From contig JAPOUS010000133.1 in assembly GCA_026708525.1 (NCBI GenBank), positions 568-64,567 on the forward strand: a DNA stretch of 64,000 bases. The letters are read 5' to 3'. A program made the position numbers and the translations under genes. The notes under the pieces were generated by a model that saw nothing but the letters and a program-made list of their open reading frames with translations, did not search any database and was not told where the DNA came from. Source of the DNA: Cellvibrionales bacterium. GTDB lineage: Bacteria > Pseudomonadota > Gammaproteobacteria > Pseudomonadales > DT-91. Shown here piece by piece: positions 20,420 to 30,253 of the stretch (position 1 is its first letter; each line of letters starts with the position of its first letter).

Positions 20420-22189
20420 TCAGAGGTAGCTGTTATCCGCAATACGATAAGGTTTTAAATACCCGTTTTTGAAAATGGCAGGTGTTAGCTCCCTGTGTAT
20501 GACTTGATCTTTTAAATAAAGCGTTCCGGTTGCGCCATTAATTCGTAAGTTGCTACTTGTTTGGATGGATGGCGATCGCTCCGCTAATGAAAAAGCATCT
20601 TGGCCAAAAGCAAACATTCGTACCAAACTTGAGTGTTTGTATTTTGACGGAATGGATTTTTGTTGTACGAGCATTGGAAATTCCGTTAATCGGACACCAT
20701 TCAGATCTTGGTTAACTTTGTTGTCAGTGTAGCCTCGGTAAACTGATGAGGTGCTATAAATGGGTAAGTCTTGGGCGTAATAGAAATTAAATAGTGGTGG
20801 AATAGCAAGCGCTTGGTCTGGTTTAGCAAAGATAACTACCATATCGATGTCTTGTCTACGTCGAGGTTCAGACTCCACTGATAAGCCTGCTGTTTGCTCT
20901 AGCTGTTTTTTTCGCTTATGGCTATCGTCAATGTTTAACAGTTTTTGAATGACCTGTGCTTGGGATTGTGTTGATGTGAAGGTTGCGGAATCTACAATGG
21001 TGTTGCCTAGTTTTTCCCATTCTTTTTTAAAGTAGTCAAGGTTCGTTCGCCCCCATTCGGAATTCTCGGAGAGGACGATGGCGCGTTTATGTTGACCTTT
21101 TTGTGAAAAATGAATTAATGAATCAACTTCATCTTCAGAGCCTAGTCCAAACTGATAGAGGTTTTTAGTGTGTGTATTGAAGTCCTTAAGGGTATTGAGG
21201 GCAATAGTTTTTACCGGTAGAGAATCTTGGCGGCTTAACTCTTTCAAGTGTTCTTTAAGGAGTGGGCCAATTACAAGGTCAGCGCCGTTGTGTACAGCGG
21301 TTTGATAAGTTTCCATGAATGAAGTATTGGGGTCGGCGCTGTAAAACTTGAGTTGACTCAGTTTTTGGTTGAAATAACTGTGCATCATGCCATCACGAAT
21401 AGCATCCGATACCGGTTTGTATTTTCCTTCAAAGGGCAATATGACTGCAATATGCTTGGGTATATCGTTGAAAGATGTGCGAAGTTCAGTGATTTCACTA
21501 GGGGGGATCAATGCAGCAGGGTGTGTTGGATGCAATTGGTTCCAGTGATCCACAGCTTTAATCTGATTCTTAAAACCATCATTTTGTGTGCTGAAAATTT
21601 CTGCAAGGCTCAACCAGCCTTCAACGGTTGGGTTTGCTGCCTCTTTTTTTGCTTTTTTAAGTTGATCTACAGGGACTCTTCTAGCACTTTGCCATATGGC
21701 TTGGTGGTTTTTTTGATAAGCTGCCGTATTGCTTTGATAGTATTGCGTGTTTTGTATTCGGCCTTTGGTTGCTGCTAGGTAGTGGCCAGTTGATTGATTG
21801 AGCCTTGCTAATAGTTCATTGGCTTGTTTTTTTGTGCTCGGGTCGCCTTGGTTTAGTTTTTGGCGATTTTGTTCATTGATGAGGGTGGTGCGTGCAAGCT
21901 CTGTCTGGCCTTGTTTGTCTAATAGCAGTACTTGAGTAAGAATAACCTCTGCTTGTTCATTGTGTGTGGCAGCTATTTGCGAGAGGTTTGCTATAGATTC
22001 GCTGGCCTTTACAAAGTTGTTATTATCTATGAGTTTAACCGTTCTTTTTAGGTGCCGACTAAAAGCAGAAGAATTACTGGATGATGGCATAATGCTCGCC
22101 GTATTTTCTGATCGCTGGTCGGTTGTTGAACAGCTGACTAGAAAAAAAATGAATAACCAAAGCAGTGGTAAAATGAATGGTTTATTCAT
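20420..22189 (-). CDS. lpoA: penicillin-binding protein activator LpoA (lipoprotein)
   Basis: 589 aa. It has a lipobox FLVSC, an N-terminal TPR-like helical domain and a C-terminal periplasmic-binding-protein-like domain. It is divergent from rsmI, as in E. coli. Confidence 0.8.
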   Translation of the reverse strand: MNKPFILPLLWLFIFFLVSCSTTDQRSENTASIMPSSSNSSAFSRHLKRTVKLIDNNNFVKASESIANLSQIAATHNEQAEVILTQVLLLDKQGQTELARTTLINEQNRQKLNQGDPSTKKQANELLARLNQSTGHYLAATKGRIQNTQYYQSNTAAYQKNHQAIWQSARRVPVDQLKKAKKEAANPTVEGWLSLAEIFSTQNDGFKNQIKAVDHWNQLHPTHPAALIPPSEITELRTSFNDIPKHIAVILPFEGKYKPVSDAIRDGMMHSYFNQKLSQLKFYSADPNTSFMETYQTAVHNGADLVIGPLLKEHLKELSRQDSLPVKTIALNTLKDFNTHTKNLYQFGLGSEDEVDSLIHFSQKGQHKRAIVLSENSEWGRTNLDYFKKEWEKLGNTIVDSATFTSTQSQAQVIQKLLNIDDSHKRKKQLEQTAGLSVESEPRRRQDIDMVVIFAKPDQALAIPPLFNFYYAQDLPIYSTSSVYRGYTDNKVNQDLNGVRLTEFPMLVQQKSIPSKYKHSSLVRMFAFGQDAFSLAERSPSIQTSSNLRINGATGTLYLKDQVIHRELTPAIFKNGYLKPYRIADNSYL

Positions 22190-22234
22190 AGCTAATACCC
22201 TCTAACCTGTGATTATTTACGTGTGAGTAGTTGA

Positions 22235-23068
22235 ATGAAAGCCTCATTGTATATTGTGTCGACACCAATTGGTAATTTAAATGATATCAGCCTTCGAGCG
22301 ATAGAGACGTTGAAGAGGGTAGATTGTATTGCTTGCGAGGATACACGAATGAGTCAGCGCTTGCTGAATCACTATCAGATTGCAACTAAGTTGGTGTCTT
22401 ATCATGAGTTCAGCGATGAAAAAGTCTCGGATAGACTTCTGGACGCGATTGAACGTGGCGAAAGTATGGCATTGATTTCAGATGCGGGTACCCCACTTAT
22501 TTCAGATCCCGGATATCGTTTGGTTAACGAAGCTGTTAATCGAGATATTCAAGTGGTGCCAATTCCAGGCAGTTGTGCATTTGTTGCGGCTTTATCGGCA
22601 TCAGGCTTGCCTTCGGATCGATTCAGTTTTGAAGGTTTTTTGCCGAGTAAATCAGGTGCTCGCGTCAAAGCCCTTGAAGCGTTAAAAAAATCGCCTCAAA
22701 CTCTTATCTTTTATGAGGCACCTCATCGAATTCTTGATAGTTTGAAAGATATGGCTGCTATTTTAGGAGAGCAGCGAGAGGCTGTTTTGGCGAGAGAGTT
22801 AACCAAGACATTTGAGACGATTAAGAAATTGCCTTTGACTGAACTGCATGCCTGGGTAGGTTCAGATGCCAATCAGCAAAAAGGAGAGATGGTTGTTTTA
22901 GTGGGAGGTTACGAGCAACCTGAATATGAGGAACTTAATTCATCCCAAGAGCATCTTGTTAAATTATTGCTTAATGAGTTGCCACCTAAAACGGTTAGCA
23001 AGATAGTCTCTGCGCATTTTGGTATGCCTAAGAAAATAGTTTACCAGGCAATTTTGAATTTATCCTGA
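22235..23068 (+). CDS. rsmI: 16S rRNA (cytidine1402-2'-O)-methyltransferase
   Basis: 277 aa. LYIVSTPIGNLNDIS, ACEDTR, SDAGTPLISDPG and EAPHR are typical RsmI motifs. Confidence 0.93.
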   Translation: MKASLYIVSTPIGNLNDISLRAIETLKRVDCIACEDTRMSQRLLNHYQIATKLVSYHEFSDEKVSDRLLDAIERGESMALISDAGTPLISDPGYRLVNEAVNRDIQVVPIPGSCAFVAALSASGLPSDRFSFEGFLPSKSGARVKALEALKKSPQTLIFYEAPHRILDSLKDMAAILGEQREAVLARELTKTFETIKKLPLTELHAWVGSDANQQKGEMVVLVGGYEQPEYEELNSSQEHLVKLLLNELPPKTVSKIVSAHFGMPKKIVYQAILNLS

Positions 23069-23087
23069 ATATGCTATGCTTGCGGCC

Positions 23088-23525
23088 CTGAGCTGGCTAG
23101 GCAATCGCTGCCATAGAGTTCGTCTAGAAATAGCGACATTTTATGGGAGAGGAAAGTCCGGGCTCCACAGGGTAGAGTGCCAGGTAACGCCTGGGAGGCG
23201 AAAGCCTACGGCAAGTGCAGCAGAAAATATACCGCCGAAGCGGCATTGTTTATTGAATGCGTCATAAAAGATTCATTTGATAGGATTAGTTTTTGGCTAA
23301 TCTTAATAGTGTCGCTGGTAAGGTTGAAATGGTGCGGTAAGAGCGCACCGCGCGATAGGTAACTATTCGTGGCAAGGTAAACCCCACTCGGAGCAAGACC
23401 AAATAGGAATCCAATGGTGTGACCCGCACTGGATTCGGGTAGGTTGCTAGATGCAAATGGCGACATTTGTGCTAGATGAATGATTGTCCGCGACAGAACC
23501 CGGCTTATCGGCCGGCTCAGACTCA
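23088..23525 (+). ncRNA. rnpB: RNase P RNA, bacterial type A
   Basis: Collinear by eye with E. coli M1 RNA: GAGGAAAGTCCGGGCTCCA, GTGCCAGGTAACGCCTGGG, GGTGCGGTAAGAGCGCACC, GGTAAACCCCAC.CGGAGCAAG.CCAAATAGG, AGATGAATGA.TGTCC.CGACAGAACCCGGCTTATCGG. P1 pairs CTGAGCTGGC (5') with GCCGGCTCAG (3'). The ends are approximate (plus or minus 5 nt). Confidence 0.93.
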
Positions 23526-23699
23526 CTTCTCCACCTTACTTTCGTGTATTGATATTCCACATATTAGTGATTTCGTTTAATTCATGAACTTTGTTAAGAC
23601 TCTATTTTAGGCCGTTGTAAATACTGAACTTTCTTATTCTTATTTCTGATAAGCGATTGTTTTCTTTTCAGTTTGGGCGCGTATTTGCGTTAAAAAAGG

Positions 23700-23760
23700 T
23701 TGAATAGTGTTGCTTAACTTTCTATAGTGTGCATAAGTGGTTAATTGTGGATAAATGTGG
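23700..23760 (+). promoter_or_regulatory. candidate Pmra promoter plus MraZ operator repeats
   Basis: TTGAAT (23700-05), 17 nt, TATAGT (23723-28). Three GTGG boxes follow at 23737, 23747 and 23757, exactly 10 bp apart. Further TGGG/GGG boxes lie downstream. Confidence 0.5.
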
Positions 23761-23846
23761 TTTTTTTTGGTTGTTGGGTGTTTTTTGGGCGCCGGGATTG
23801 CAAACTCCTAATCAAAATGCCGGATAATCAATGAGATAGTGAATGC

Positions 23847-24323
23847 ATGGTTTTTCGAGGTATTCATACAGTTAATATGGACGCCAAAGGGCGGATGGCT
23901 ATGCCAACGCGCTATCGGGATGCTTTTGTCTATAAAAATCAACAAAATGAAAACCAAAGCCAGCTGATTGCCACTGTGGATATCCAGTCCCCTTGTTTGT
24001 TGATTTACCCTTTTGCTGATTGGTTAAAAATAGAAGAGAAATTACAAGGTTTACCTGCACTAAATCCGTCGTCAAGGCGTTTGCAACGACTGATGCTTGG
24101 TTATGCTAGTGAGATAGAGCTAGATGCTAATGGTCGAATGCTGGTTCCGCCTGCTTTACGAGAGTATGCAGCATTTGAAAAAAAATTAGTCCTTGTTGGT
24201 CAAGGAAATAAGTTTGAATTATGGAGTGAGGCGAACTGGTCAAAAGAAACTGAGCAAGCAATATCCGAAGCCTTAAGCGGTGATTTAGATATTCCACTTG
24301 ATGTTCAAGATATAGTTTTATAA
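23847..24323 (+). CDS. mraZ: transcriptional regulator MraZ
   Basis: 158 aa. It has two DxxxR-type SpoVT/AbrB repeats (MDAKGRMAMP and LDANGRMLVP) and is the first gene of the dcw cluster. Confidence 0.93.
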   Translation: MVFRGIHTVNMDAKGRMAMPTRYRDAFVYKNQQNENQSQLIATVDIQSPCLLIYPFADWLKIEEKLQGLPALNPSSRRLQRLMLGYASEIELDANGRMLVPPALREYAAFEKKLVLVGQGNKFELWSEANWSKETEQAISEALSGDLDIPLDVQDIVL

Positions 24324-24332
24324 AGGGTTGGT

Positions 24333-25298
24333 ATGCACGAATCGGTGTTGTTGCAAGAGGCAGTTGCCGCTCTGTCTATAAAAGCAGATGGCTTTTATGT
24401 AGATGGCACCTTTGGTCGAGGCGGGCATAGTCGCGTCATACTTGAATCGCTATCAGATCAGGGGCGGTTACTTGCGATTGATAAAGATAACGAAGCCATC
24501 AGTTACGCTAACGCTACCTTTGGTGGAGATCAGCGCTTTTTGATCTGTCACGGCACCTTTGCATCGATTCAAACCTTGGTTGAATCGCAAGGGAAGCTAG
24601 GCAAAGTTGATGGCGTGTTATTGGATTTGGGTGTGTCATCGCCTCAGCTCGACGTTGCTGACAGAGGCTTTAGCTTTTTGAAAGATGGGCCTTTGGATAT
24701 GCGGATGAATGACAAAGTCGGTGAAACAGCTGCTGACTGGCTACAATCGGCTGATCAATCTGAGATACGTCGAGTGTTTTGGGAATATGGTGAAGAAAAG
24801 TTTTCAGGCCTGATTGCGAAAAAAATTGTTGAGCGAAGAGTGCACAAGCCTTTTGAGACAACTCTCGATCTTGCGAATTTTATAAAGGACATTATTCCGA
24901 ATAAATTTCACCAGAAAAAACACCCAGCCACTCGATGCTTTCAAGCCATTCGAATGCATATTAATAACGAGCTGGGTGATATTGAAGCCTTTTTATCCTC
25001 GATTTTATCTGTGTTAAAGGTCGGGGGGCGACTTGTGGTGATCAGCTTTCATTCGCTAGAAGATCGATTGATCAAGCGGTTTATTAAAAATGAGGAACGT
25101 GGGCCGCAGTTGCCTAAGCACATTCCTATTAGAGATATACCAAGGCCCCCTCATTTTGTCAGTGTTGGAAAAGCGATTAAGCCTTCAGCCATTGAATGTG
25201 AAGGTAACGTGCGAGCACGAAGTGCTGTTATGCGAATTGCAGAAAAAGTCGCTGGTAATCAAATTGTTGACAATGAATCGGTAGCAAACAGTGCATAG
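24333..25298 (+). CDS. rsmH: 16S rRNA (cytosine1402-N4)-methyltransferase
   Basis: 321 aa. HESVLLQEAV, DGTFGRGGHS, DLGVSSPQLD and SFHSLEDR are RsmH/MraW motifs. Confidence 0.95.
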   Translation: MHESVLLQEAVAALSIKADGFYVDGTFGRGGHSRVILESLSDQGRLLAIDKDNEAISYANATFGGDQRFLICHGTFASIQTLVESQGKLGKVDGVLLDLGVSSPQLDVADRGFSFLKDGPLDMRMNDKVGETAADWLQSADQSEIRRVFWEYGEEKFSGLIAKKIVERRVHKPFETTLDLANFIKDIIPNKFHQKKHPATRCFQAIRMHINNELGDIEAFLSSILSVLKVGGRLVVISFHSLEDRLIKRFIKNEERGPQLPKHIPIRDIPRPPHFVSVGKAIKPSAIECEGNVRARSAVMRIAEKVAGNQIVDNESVANSA

Positions 25299-25563
25299 CG
25301 CAAAATTAGCTCTGATTCTCTGGCTACTGATTTTGGTTTCTGCCATTTCAGTGGTGACTGTGACGTTTCAGTCGCGGTCTGTGTTTATTGCGTGGCAAGA
25401 AACTCTTCAAACAGCGGAGCAGTTGGATGTTGAATGGGGGCAGTTGATACTTGAAAAAAATACCTTAGCCTCTTATACCAGGCTGCAAGGAATAGCAGAA
25501 AAAAAGTTGGGTATGGTTGAGCCGAAAGGCCAACGAATTGAAATTATTAAAGATGGCAGTTAA
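25291..25563 (+). CDS. ftsL: cell division protein FtsL
   Basis: 90 aa with a single TM helix followed by a leucine-zipper-like region (LDVEWGQLILEKNTLAS). Its position between rsmH and ftsI fits. The GTG start overlaps the rsmH end. Confidence 0.8.
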   Translation: MHSAKLALILWLLILVSAISVVTVTFQSRSVFIAWQETLQTAEQLDVEWGQLILEKNTLASYTRLQGIAEKKLGMVEPKGQRIEIIKDGS

Positions 25564-25659
25564 TGCCTAGGTCTTGTTGTGGCCTGGGCCTTGGTGTGTA
25601 GAGATTAACAACCGGTTGATATTAATCACAGACTAAAAAAGAGCGATTGACTAATTTAG

Positions 25660-27363
25660 ATGATAGCACTGATTCAAAAGCATTGGCGATTTTATTGCGT
25701 AGCGTTTTTTTTAACGCTAATGCTGCTCGCGCTGCTTTTGAAGATGTTTCTTATTCAGGCGGTTGATCTTGAGTATGGTGCAGCCTTTCTTAAACAGCAA
25801 GGAGATCGGAGGACGATTCGTGAAGAGGTCGTCTCAGCAAACCGGGGCCAAATTGTCGATAGGCGTGGCGCCCCTTTGGCTATAAGTACACCTGTTGAGA
25901 GTATTTGGTTTGATCCAAAATTTTTTAATCCGACGGGTGAAAAACTCGAGCAATTAGCGTTTTTGCTTGAAATGAACCCAGAAAAAATTAAGAAAAAAAT
26001 GCAGCGCTACCAAAAGCGGCGCTTTGTGTATTTGAAAAAGGGTGTTTCTCCCTTTGAGGCCGACAGTGTTGAGGCATTGGGGATAAATGGCGTGTTTTCA
26101 CAGTCAGACTATCAGCGATTTTATCCCGCAGGTGAAGTAACCGCCAATCTTCTGGGCTATACCAATAGCGACGGTGAAGGATTGGAGGGATTAGAGTATG
26201 CCTATGACCAATGGTTGACAGGTTCAGATGGCAGCCGCCGTGTGGTTAAAGATTTATATGGGCGAACGATCAAAGTCTTAGGGCAACCCAAAGATCCTGA
26301 AGTCGGGAAAGACTTAACGTTAAGCATCGACTTACGAATTCAGTTTTTAGCTTATCGGGCGTTAAAAAATGCGGTGATTCATCATCGCGCCGCATCCGGT
26401 TCGATTGTCGTTTTAGATAATAAAACTGGTGAGGTATTGGCGATGGTCTCTCAGCCATCGTTTAACCCTAATGACCGATCACGCATTGATATGTCACATG
26501 TAAAAAATCGTGCAGTGACCGATGTGTATGAGCCAGGATCAACGATGAAGCCTTTAGCCATGTTGGCAATTTTGGAGTCGGGTAAAGTCAATGCCGAGGA
26601 TGTGATAAATACGAGTCCAGGTTATATCCGTTTAGGTAAGAAAACACTCATGGATCCTCGAAATTATGGTGCGATGACGGTGACTAAAATCATCACTAAA
26701 TCCAGTCAGGTAGGGATGAGTAAACTGGCCTTGTCTATTGATGCCGATAAGATCCCTTTGATGTCTAATCGTTTGGGGCTTGGGCAATTTATTGGTACAG
26801 GTATGCCCGGTGAGAATGGTGGTTATGTGCCTCATGATATTTATTGGAGTGATATAGAGCGTGCCACCTTATCTTATGGTTATGGCTTAACGGTGAATAC
26901 GTTGCAATTAGCCAAAGCCTATTCCGTATTGGGTGCAAAGGGTAAATTGAACCCCGTAAGCTTACTTAAACAGTCAGAAACTGTTAATGGCAAACAAGTG
27001 GTGGCACCCGAAGTCGCTGCTGAAGTGCTTTCCATGATTCAAACAGTTACCACCAATGAAGGCACAGGCAGACGTGCCAGAACTAGCGCTTATAGTGTGG
27101 CAGGTAAAACAGGTACTAGTCATAAAGTTGGCGCGTCAGGTTATGATGCAAAATATAATTCGTTATTTGCGGGGGTGGCGCCTGCCAATGACCCTAAAAT
27201 TACTGTTGTTGTCTCCATTGATGATCCTAAAGGGAAACAATACTATGGCGGCGAAGTGGCAGCACCAATATTTGGTGAGGTAGTAGCGGGTAGCCTAAGA
27301 TTATTGGAAGTGCCGCCAGATTTATTAGTTAGCCGTTACATGAATAATCAAGGAGCCATGTGA
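25660..27363 (+). CDS. ftsI: peptidoglycan D,D-transpeptidase FtsI (PBP3)
   Basis: 567 aa with an N-terminal TM helix. The transpeptidase motifs are STMKP (SxxK) and KTGT. Confidence 0.95.
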   Translation: MIALIQKHWRFYCVAFFLTLMLLALLLKMFLIQAVDLEYGAAFLKQQGDRRTIREEVVSANRGQIVDRRGAPLAISTPVESIWFDPKFFNPTGEKLEQLAFLLEMNPEKIKKKMQRYQKRRFVYLKKGVSPFEADSVEALGINGVFSQSDYQRFYPAGEVTANLLGYTNSDGEGLEGLEYAYDQWLTGSDGSRRVVKDLYGRTIKVLGQPKDPEVGKDLTLSIDLRIQFLAYRALKNAVIHHRAASGSIVVLDNKTGEVLAMVSQPSFNPNDRSRIDMSHVKNRAVTDVYEPGSTMKPLAMLAILESGKVNAEDVINTSPGYIRLGKKTLMDPRNYGAMTVTKIITKSSQVGMSKLALSIDADKIPLMSNRLGLGQFIGTGMPGENGGYVPHDIYWSDIERATLSYGYGLTVNTLQLAKAYSVLGAKGKLNPVSLLKQSETVNGKQVVAPEVAAEVLSMIQTVTTNEGTGRRARTSAYSVAGKTGTSHKVGASGYDAKYNSLFAGVAPANDPKITVVVSIDDPKGKQYYGGEVAAPIFGEVVAGSLRLLEVPPDLLVSRYMNNQGAM

Positions 27364-28862
27364 TGAAACTCCTTGAACTATTTAATCCGTTTCCAGAAGC
27401 AATGCTTCCTGAAGAAAACCCTGAAGTATCGGGTATTCAGCTAGATAGCCGAGCAATTAAACCGGGCGATGTATTTGTTGCACTGACTGGTAGTCAGCGT
27501 GATGGCCGGAAATATATCTCAAGTGCGGTCGATGCAGGTGCCTTAGCCATCTTAGTGGATACGCCGCTTGTTGAAAAAATCGACGTTCCTGTCGTGGTGC
27601 TTGCTGATCTACAATCAAAGCTTGGTGCTGTTGCCACACATTTTTTTAAGCACCCATCAAGTCATCTTGCTCTAGTTGGTGTTACAGGCACCAATGGTAA
27701 GTCTTCTGTCTGTGAATATATTAGACAACTGAGCGAAGCGCTTGGTAAAAAATCCGCATCTATAGGTACTTTGGGGTTTTATCTTGGTGAAGAAAAAATG
27801 CCGCTGATAAATACCACACCTGATGTGTTGAGTGTGAATGCACTTTTAGCACAATGCGCTGATAAAGGGGCATCTTTAGCAGCGATGGAAGTCTCTTCTC
27901 ATGCGTTAGTTCAGCAGCGTGTGCAAGGAGTCGTATTTGATACGGCGGTTTTTACCAACCTTTCACAGGATCATTTGGATTATCATCATTCTATGGTGGA
28001 GTACGCTCGGGCAAAAAGTGAATTGTTTAAACTGCCGGGATTAAGTAAAGCCATTATTAATATTGATGATGGCTATAGCGACTTGATGTTGGCAGCTGTC
28101 CCGACTTCTGTTGATTGTTATCAATTCAGCCTAAAAAACTCAGGCGCTGATGCCTATTTATCATGCATTGAATGGCAGGTAGATGGTGTTTGCGAAGCAC
28201 AACTTCATCTCTTAGGGGAGTGCGAGAGGATTCGTACTTCACTGATAGGTGAGTTTAATCTTTATAACCTATTAGCGGCTGCTCTTGTTTTGCGTTTGCA
28301 AGGTTTTTCACTTGCCTCAATTGCCGAAGGTATTGCGTTTATTCGTGGGGTTGATGGCCGAATGGAGAAGGTGTCAAATCATGAGGGTATTCTTGCGCTG
28401 GTTGATTATGCGCACACCCCTGATGCACTTGAGAATGTACTGAAAACCCTAAATGCACAGCGCAAAATGCAACAACGTACGGGGCAGATTTATACGGTCT
28501 TTGGTTGTGGTGGTGATCGTGATAAAGGGAAGCGCCCACAGATGGGTAAGGTTGCTTCGTTATTAAGTGATCACGTTTGGGTAACGTCGGATAATCCTCG
28601 CTCAGAGGAGCCGATGGCGATTTGCCGCGATGTGGTGGAAGGTATAGATAAAACCAATTTCGATATTATCGAATCGCGAGAAGCGGCGATTCATGCTGCT
28701 GTCTATCAGGCGCGAGTGGGTGACATCCTACTTGTCGCTGGTAAAGGCCATGAGAAAACGCAAACACTTGGGGCTGATGTTCGCCATTTTGATGATGTTG
28801 AGGAGCTGCATAAAGCTTTTGCTCGAAAGATGGCTGAAAATAAGGAGAGAGCATGTCACTGA
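27363..28862 (+). CDS. murE: UDP-N-acetylmuramoyl-L-alanyl-D-glutamate--2,6-diaminopimelate ligase
   Basis: P-loop GVTGTNGKSS and DNPR near the C-terminus (meso-DAP specificity region). ATG 27363 overlaps the ftsI stop (ATGA). The track GTG at 27360 is one codon upstream. Confidence 0.93.
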   Translation: MKLLELFNPFPEAMLPEENPEVSGIQLDSRAIKPGDVFVALTGSQRDGRKYISSAVDAGALAILVDTPLVEKIDVPVVVLADLQSKLGAVATHFFKHPSSHLALVGVTGTNGKSSVCEYIRQLSEALGKKSASIGTLGFYLGEEKMPLINTTPDVLSVNALLAQCADKGASLAAMEVSSHALVQQRVQGVVFDTAVFTNLSQDHLDYHHSMVEYARAKSELFKLPGLSKAIINIDDGYSDLMLAAVPTSVDCYQFSLKNSGADAYLSCIEWQVDGVCEAQLHLLGECERIRTSLIGEFNLYNLLAAALVLRLQGFSLASIAEGIAFIRGVDGRMEKVSNHEGILALVDYAHTPDALENVLKTLNAQRKMQQRTGQIYTVFGCGGDRDKGKRPQMGKVASLLSDHVWVTSDNPRSEEPMAICRDVVEGIDKTNFDIIESREAAIHAAVYQARVGDILLVAGKGHEKTQTLGADVRHFDDVEELHKAFARKMAENKERACH

Positions 28863-30253
28863 TTCTTTCCTTTGATGAGATTGTCTCAGCCTGCCAAGGT
28901 GAATTAAAAACTCAGATCGATGAAGCCTTGCCTGAATTGCAGCAAGTGGCGATTGATACACGCACAATTTCAAAGCCTGCCTTATTTGTCGCGCTTAAAG
29001 GTGAGCGAGCCAATGGCCATGATTACTTGGAGCAAGCTAGGGAACAGGGCGCCGTGGTTGCTTTAGTTGAAGATTTTCAACCTGTGCAAATGACACAAAT
29101 TAAAGTGGATGATTGCCAAAAGGCGTTGGTAGCCATTGCTAAAGCAACAAGAGCGGCTTTTCAGGGTAAGGTGTCAGCGATTACCGGTAGCTCTGGCAAA
29201 ACCAGCACAAAAGAAGCATTAGTTGCCTTGCTAAAGCCCCATTATTGGGTGAGTTTTACCCAGGGCAATCAAAACAATGAATTAGGTGTGCCTTTAACCT
29301 TGGTTAACCTTGATGCTAATGCAGAGCAATTAGTGCTTGAGATGGGAGCTAGAAAGCCGGGTGATATTAAAGCGCTGATGGAAATAGCATCACCCGATGT
29401 AGCCATGATAACTAATATTGGCGTTGCACATATCGAGATTTTTGGCTCACAAGAACAGATTTTTGAAGCCAAATCCGAAATTTATCAAGGGCTGGATAAC
29501 GGCGGTGTTGCGATTATTAATCGTGATGACCCATTCTTTGAGCAACTTGAAAAAAAATCAGCACATGTAAAGAAATCACTGAGCTTTTCAATAGAAGATG
29601 CATTAGCCGATGTCTATGCATCAGATGTGGTCTTAGCGCCAGAATCAACGAAGTTTTGTTTGCATTATCAAGACGTATCCGTCGACTGTTCAATCAATCA
29701 GTCAGGAAAGCATGCGTTAATAAACGTATTGGCTGCATCCGCATGTGCTCTGGTCTTGGGCGTTCAAAGCCTGGATGAATTAATTAAAGGGATGAGTGAT
29801 CTGTCAACAATTTCAGGTCGCAATCAGGTGCTAAATGGGAATTGGGGTGGCAGCTTGATCGATGATAGCTATAATGCCAACCCTTTATCCACGAAGGCAG
29901 CTATTGATTTGCTGGCGCTTTATGATCAACGAAAGATTCTCGTGTTGGGAGACATGGGAGAGTTAGGTAATCAATCAACCGAAATGCACCAAGAAGTCCT
30001 CCAGTATGCTTGTGATCAACACATTGATGAAGTGTTGGTATCAGGTTTTCGAATGCAGCAAGCTGCAAAACAATTTGAACGAATTAGAGCCTTTGATAGC
30101 TTAGATCATCTATTAGTCGGCTTAAAAATGTTACTTAAAAAAGATGACGTTGTGTTATTAAAAGGGTCTCGTTCAGAAAAGCTCGAACAGCTCATACCAC
30201 CATTGACTAATGAATCTGAAAACTCAGATAAGGAGACTGCTAAATGCTCCTAA
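28853..30253 (+). CDS. murF: UDP-N-acetylmuramoyl-tripeptide--D-alanyl-D-alanine ligase
   Basis: 466 aa. It has the P-loop [12 protein letters not shown] and [17 protein letters not shown] precedes the ATG. Confidence 0.93.
   Translation: MSLILSFDEIVSACQGELKTQIDEALPELQQVAIDTRTISKPALFVALKGERANGHDYLEQAREQGAVVALVEDFQPVQMTQIKVDDCQKALVAIAKATRAAFQGKVSAITGSSGKTSTKEALVALLKPHYWVSFTQGNQNNELGVPLTLVNLDANAEQLVLEMGARKPGDIKALMEIASPDVAMITNIGVAHIEIFGSQEQIFEAKSEIYQGLDNGGVAIINRDDPFFEQLEKKSAHVKKSLSFSIEDALADVYASDVVLAPESTKFCLHYQDVSVDCSINQSGKHALINVLAASACALVLGVQSLDELIKGMSDLSTISGRNQVLNGNWGGSLIDDSYNANPLSTKAAIDLLALYDQRKILVLGDMGELGNQSTEMHQEVLQYACDQHIDEVLVSGFRMQQAAKQFERIRAFDSLDHLLVGLKMLLKKDDVVLLKGSRSEKLEQLIPPLTNESENSDKETAKCS

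Noticed and set aside
23076-23526. Three track ORFs (63, 61 and 106 aa)
   Set aside because: All of them lie within the RNase P RNA gene, whose conserved core is unambiguous.
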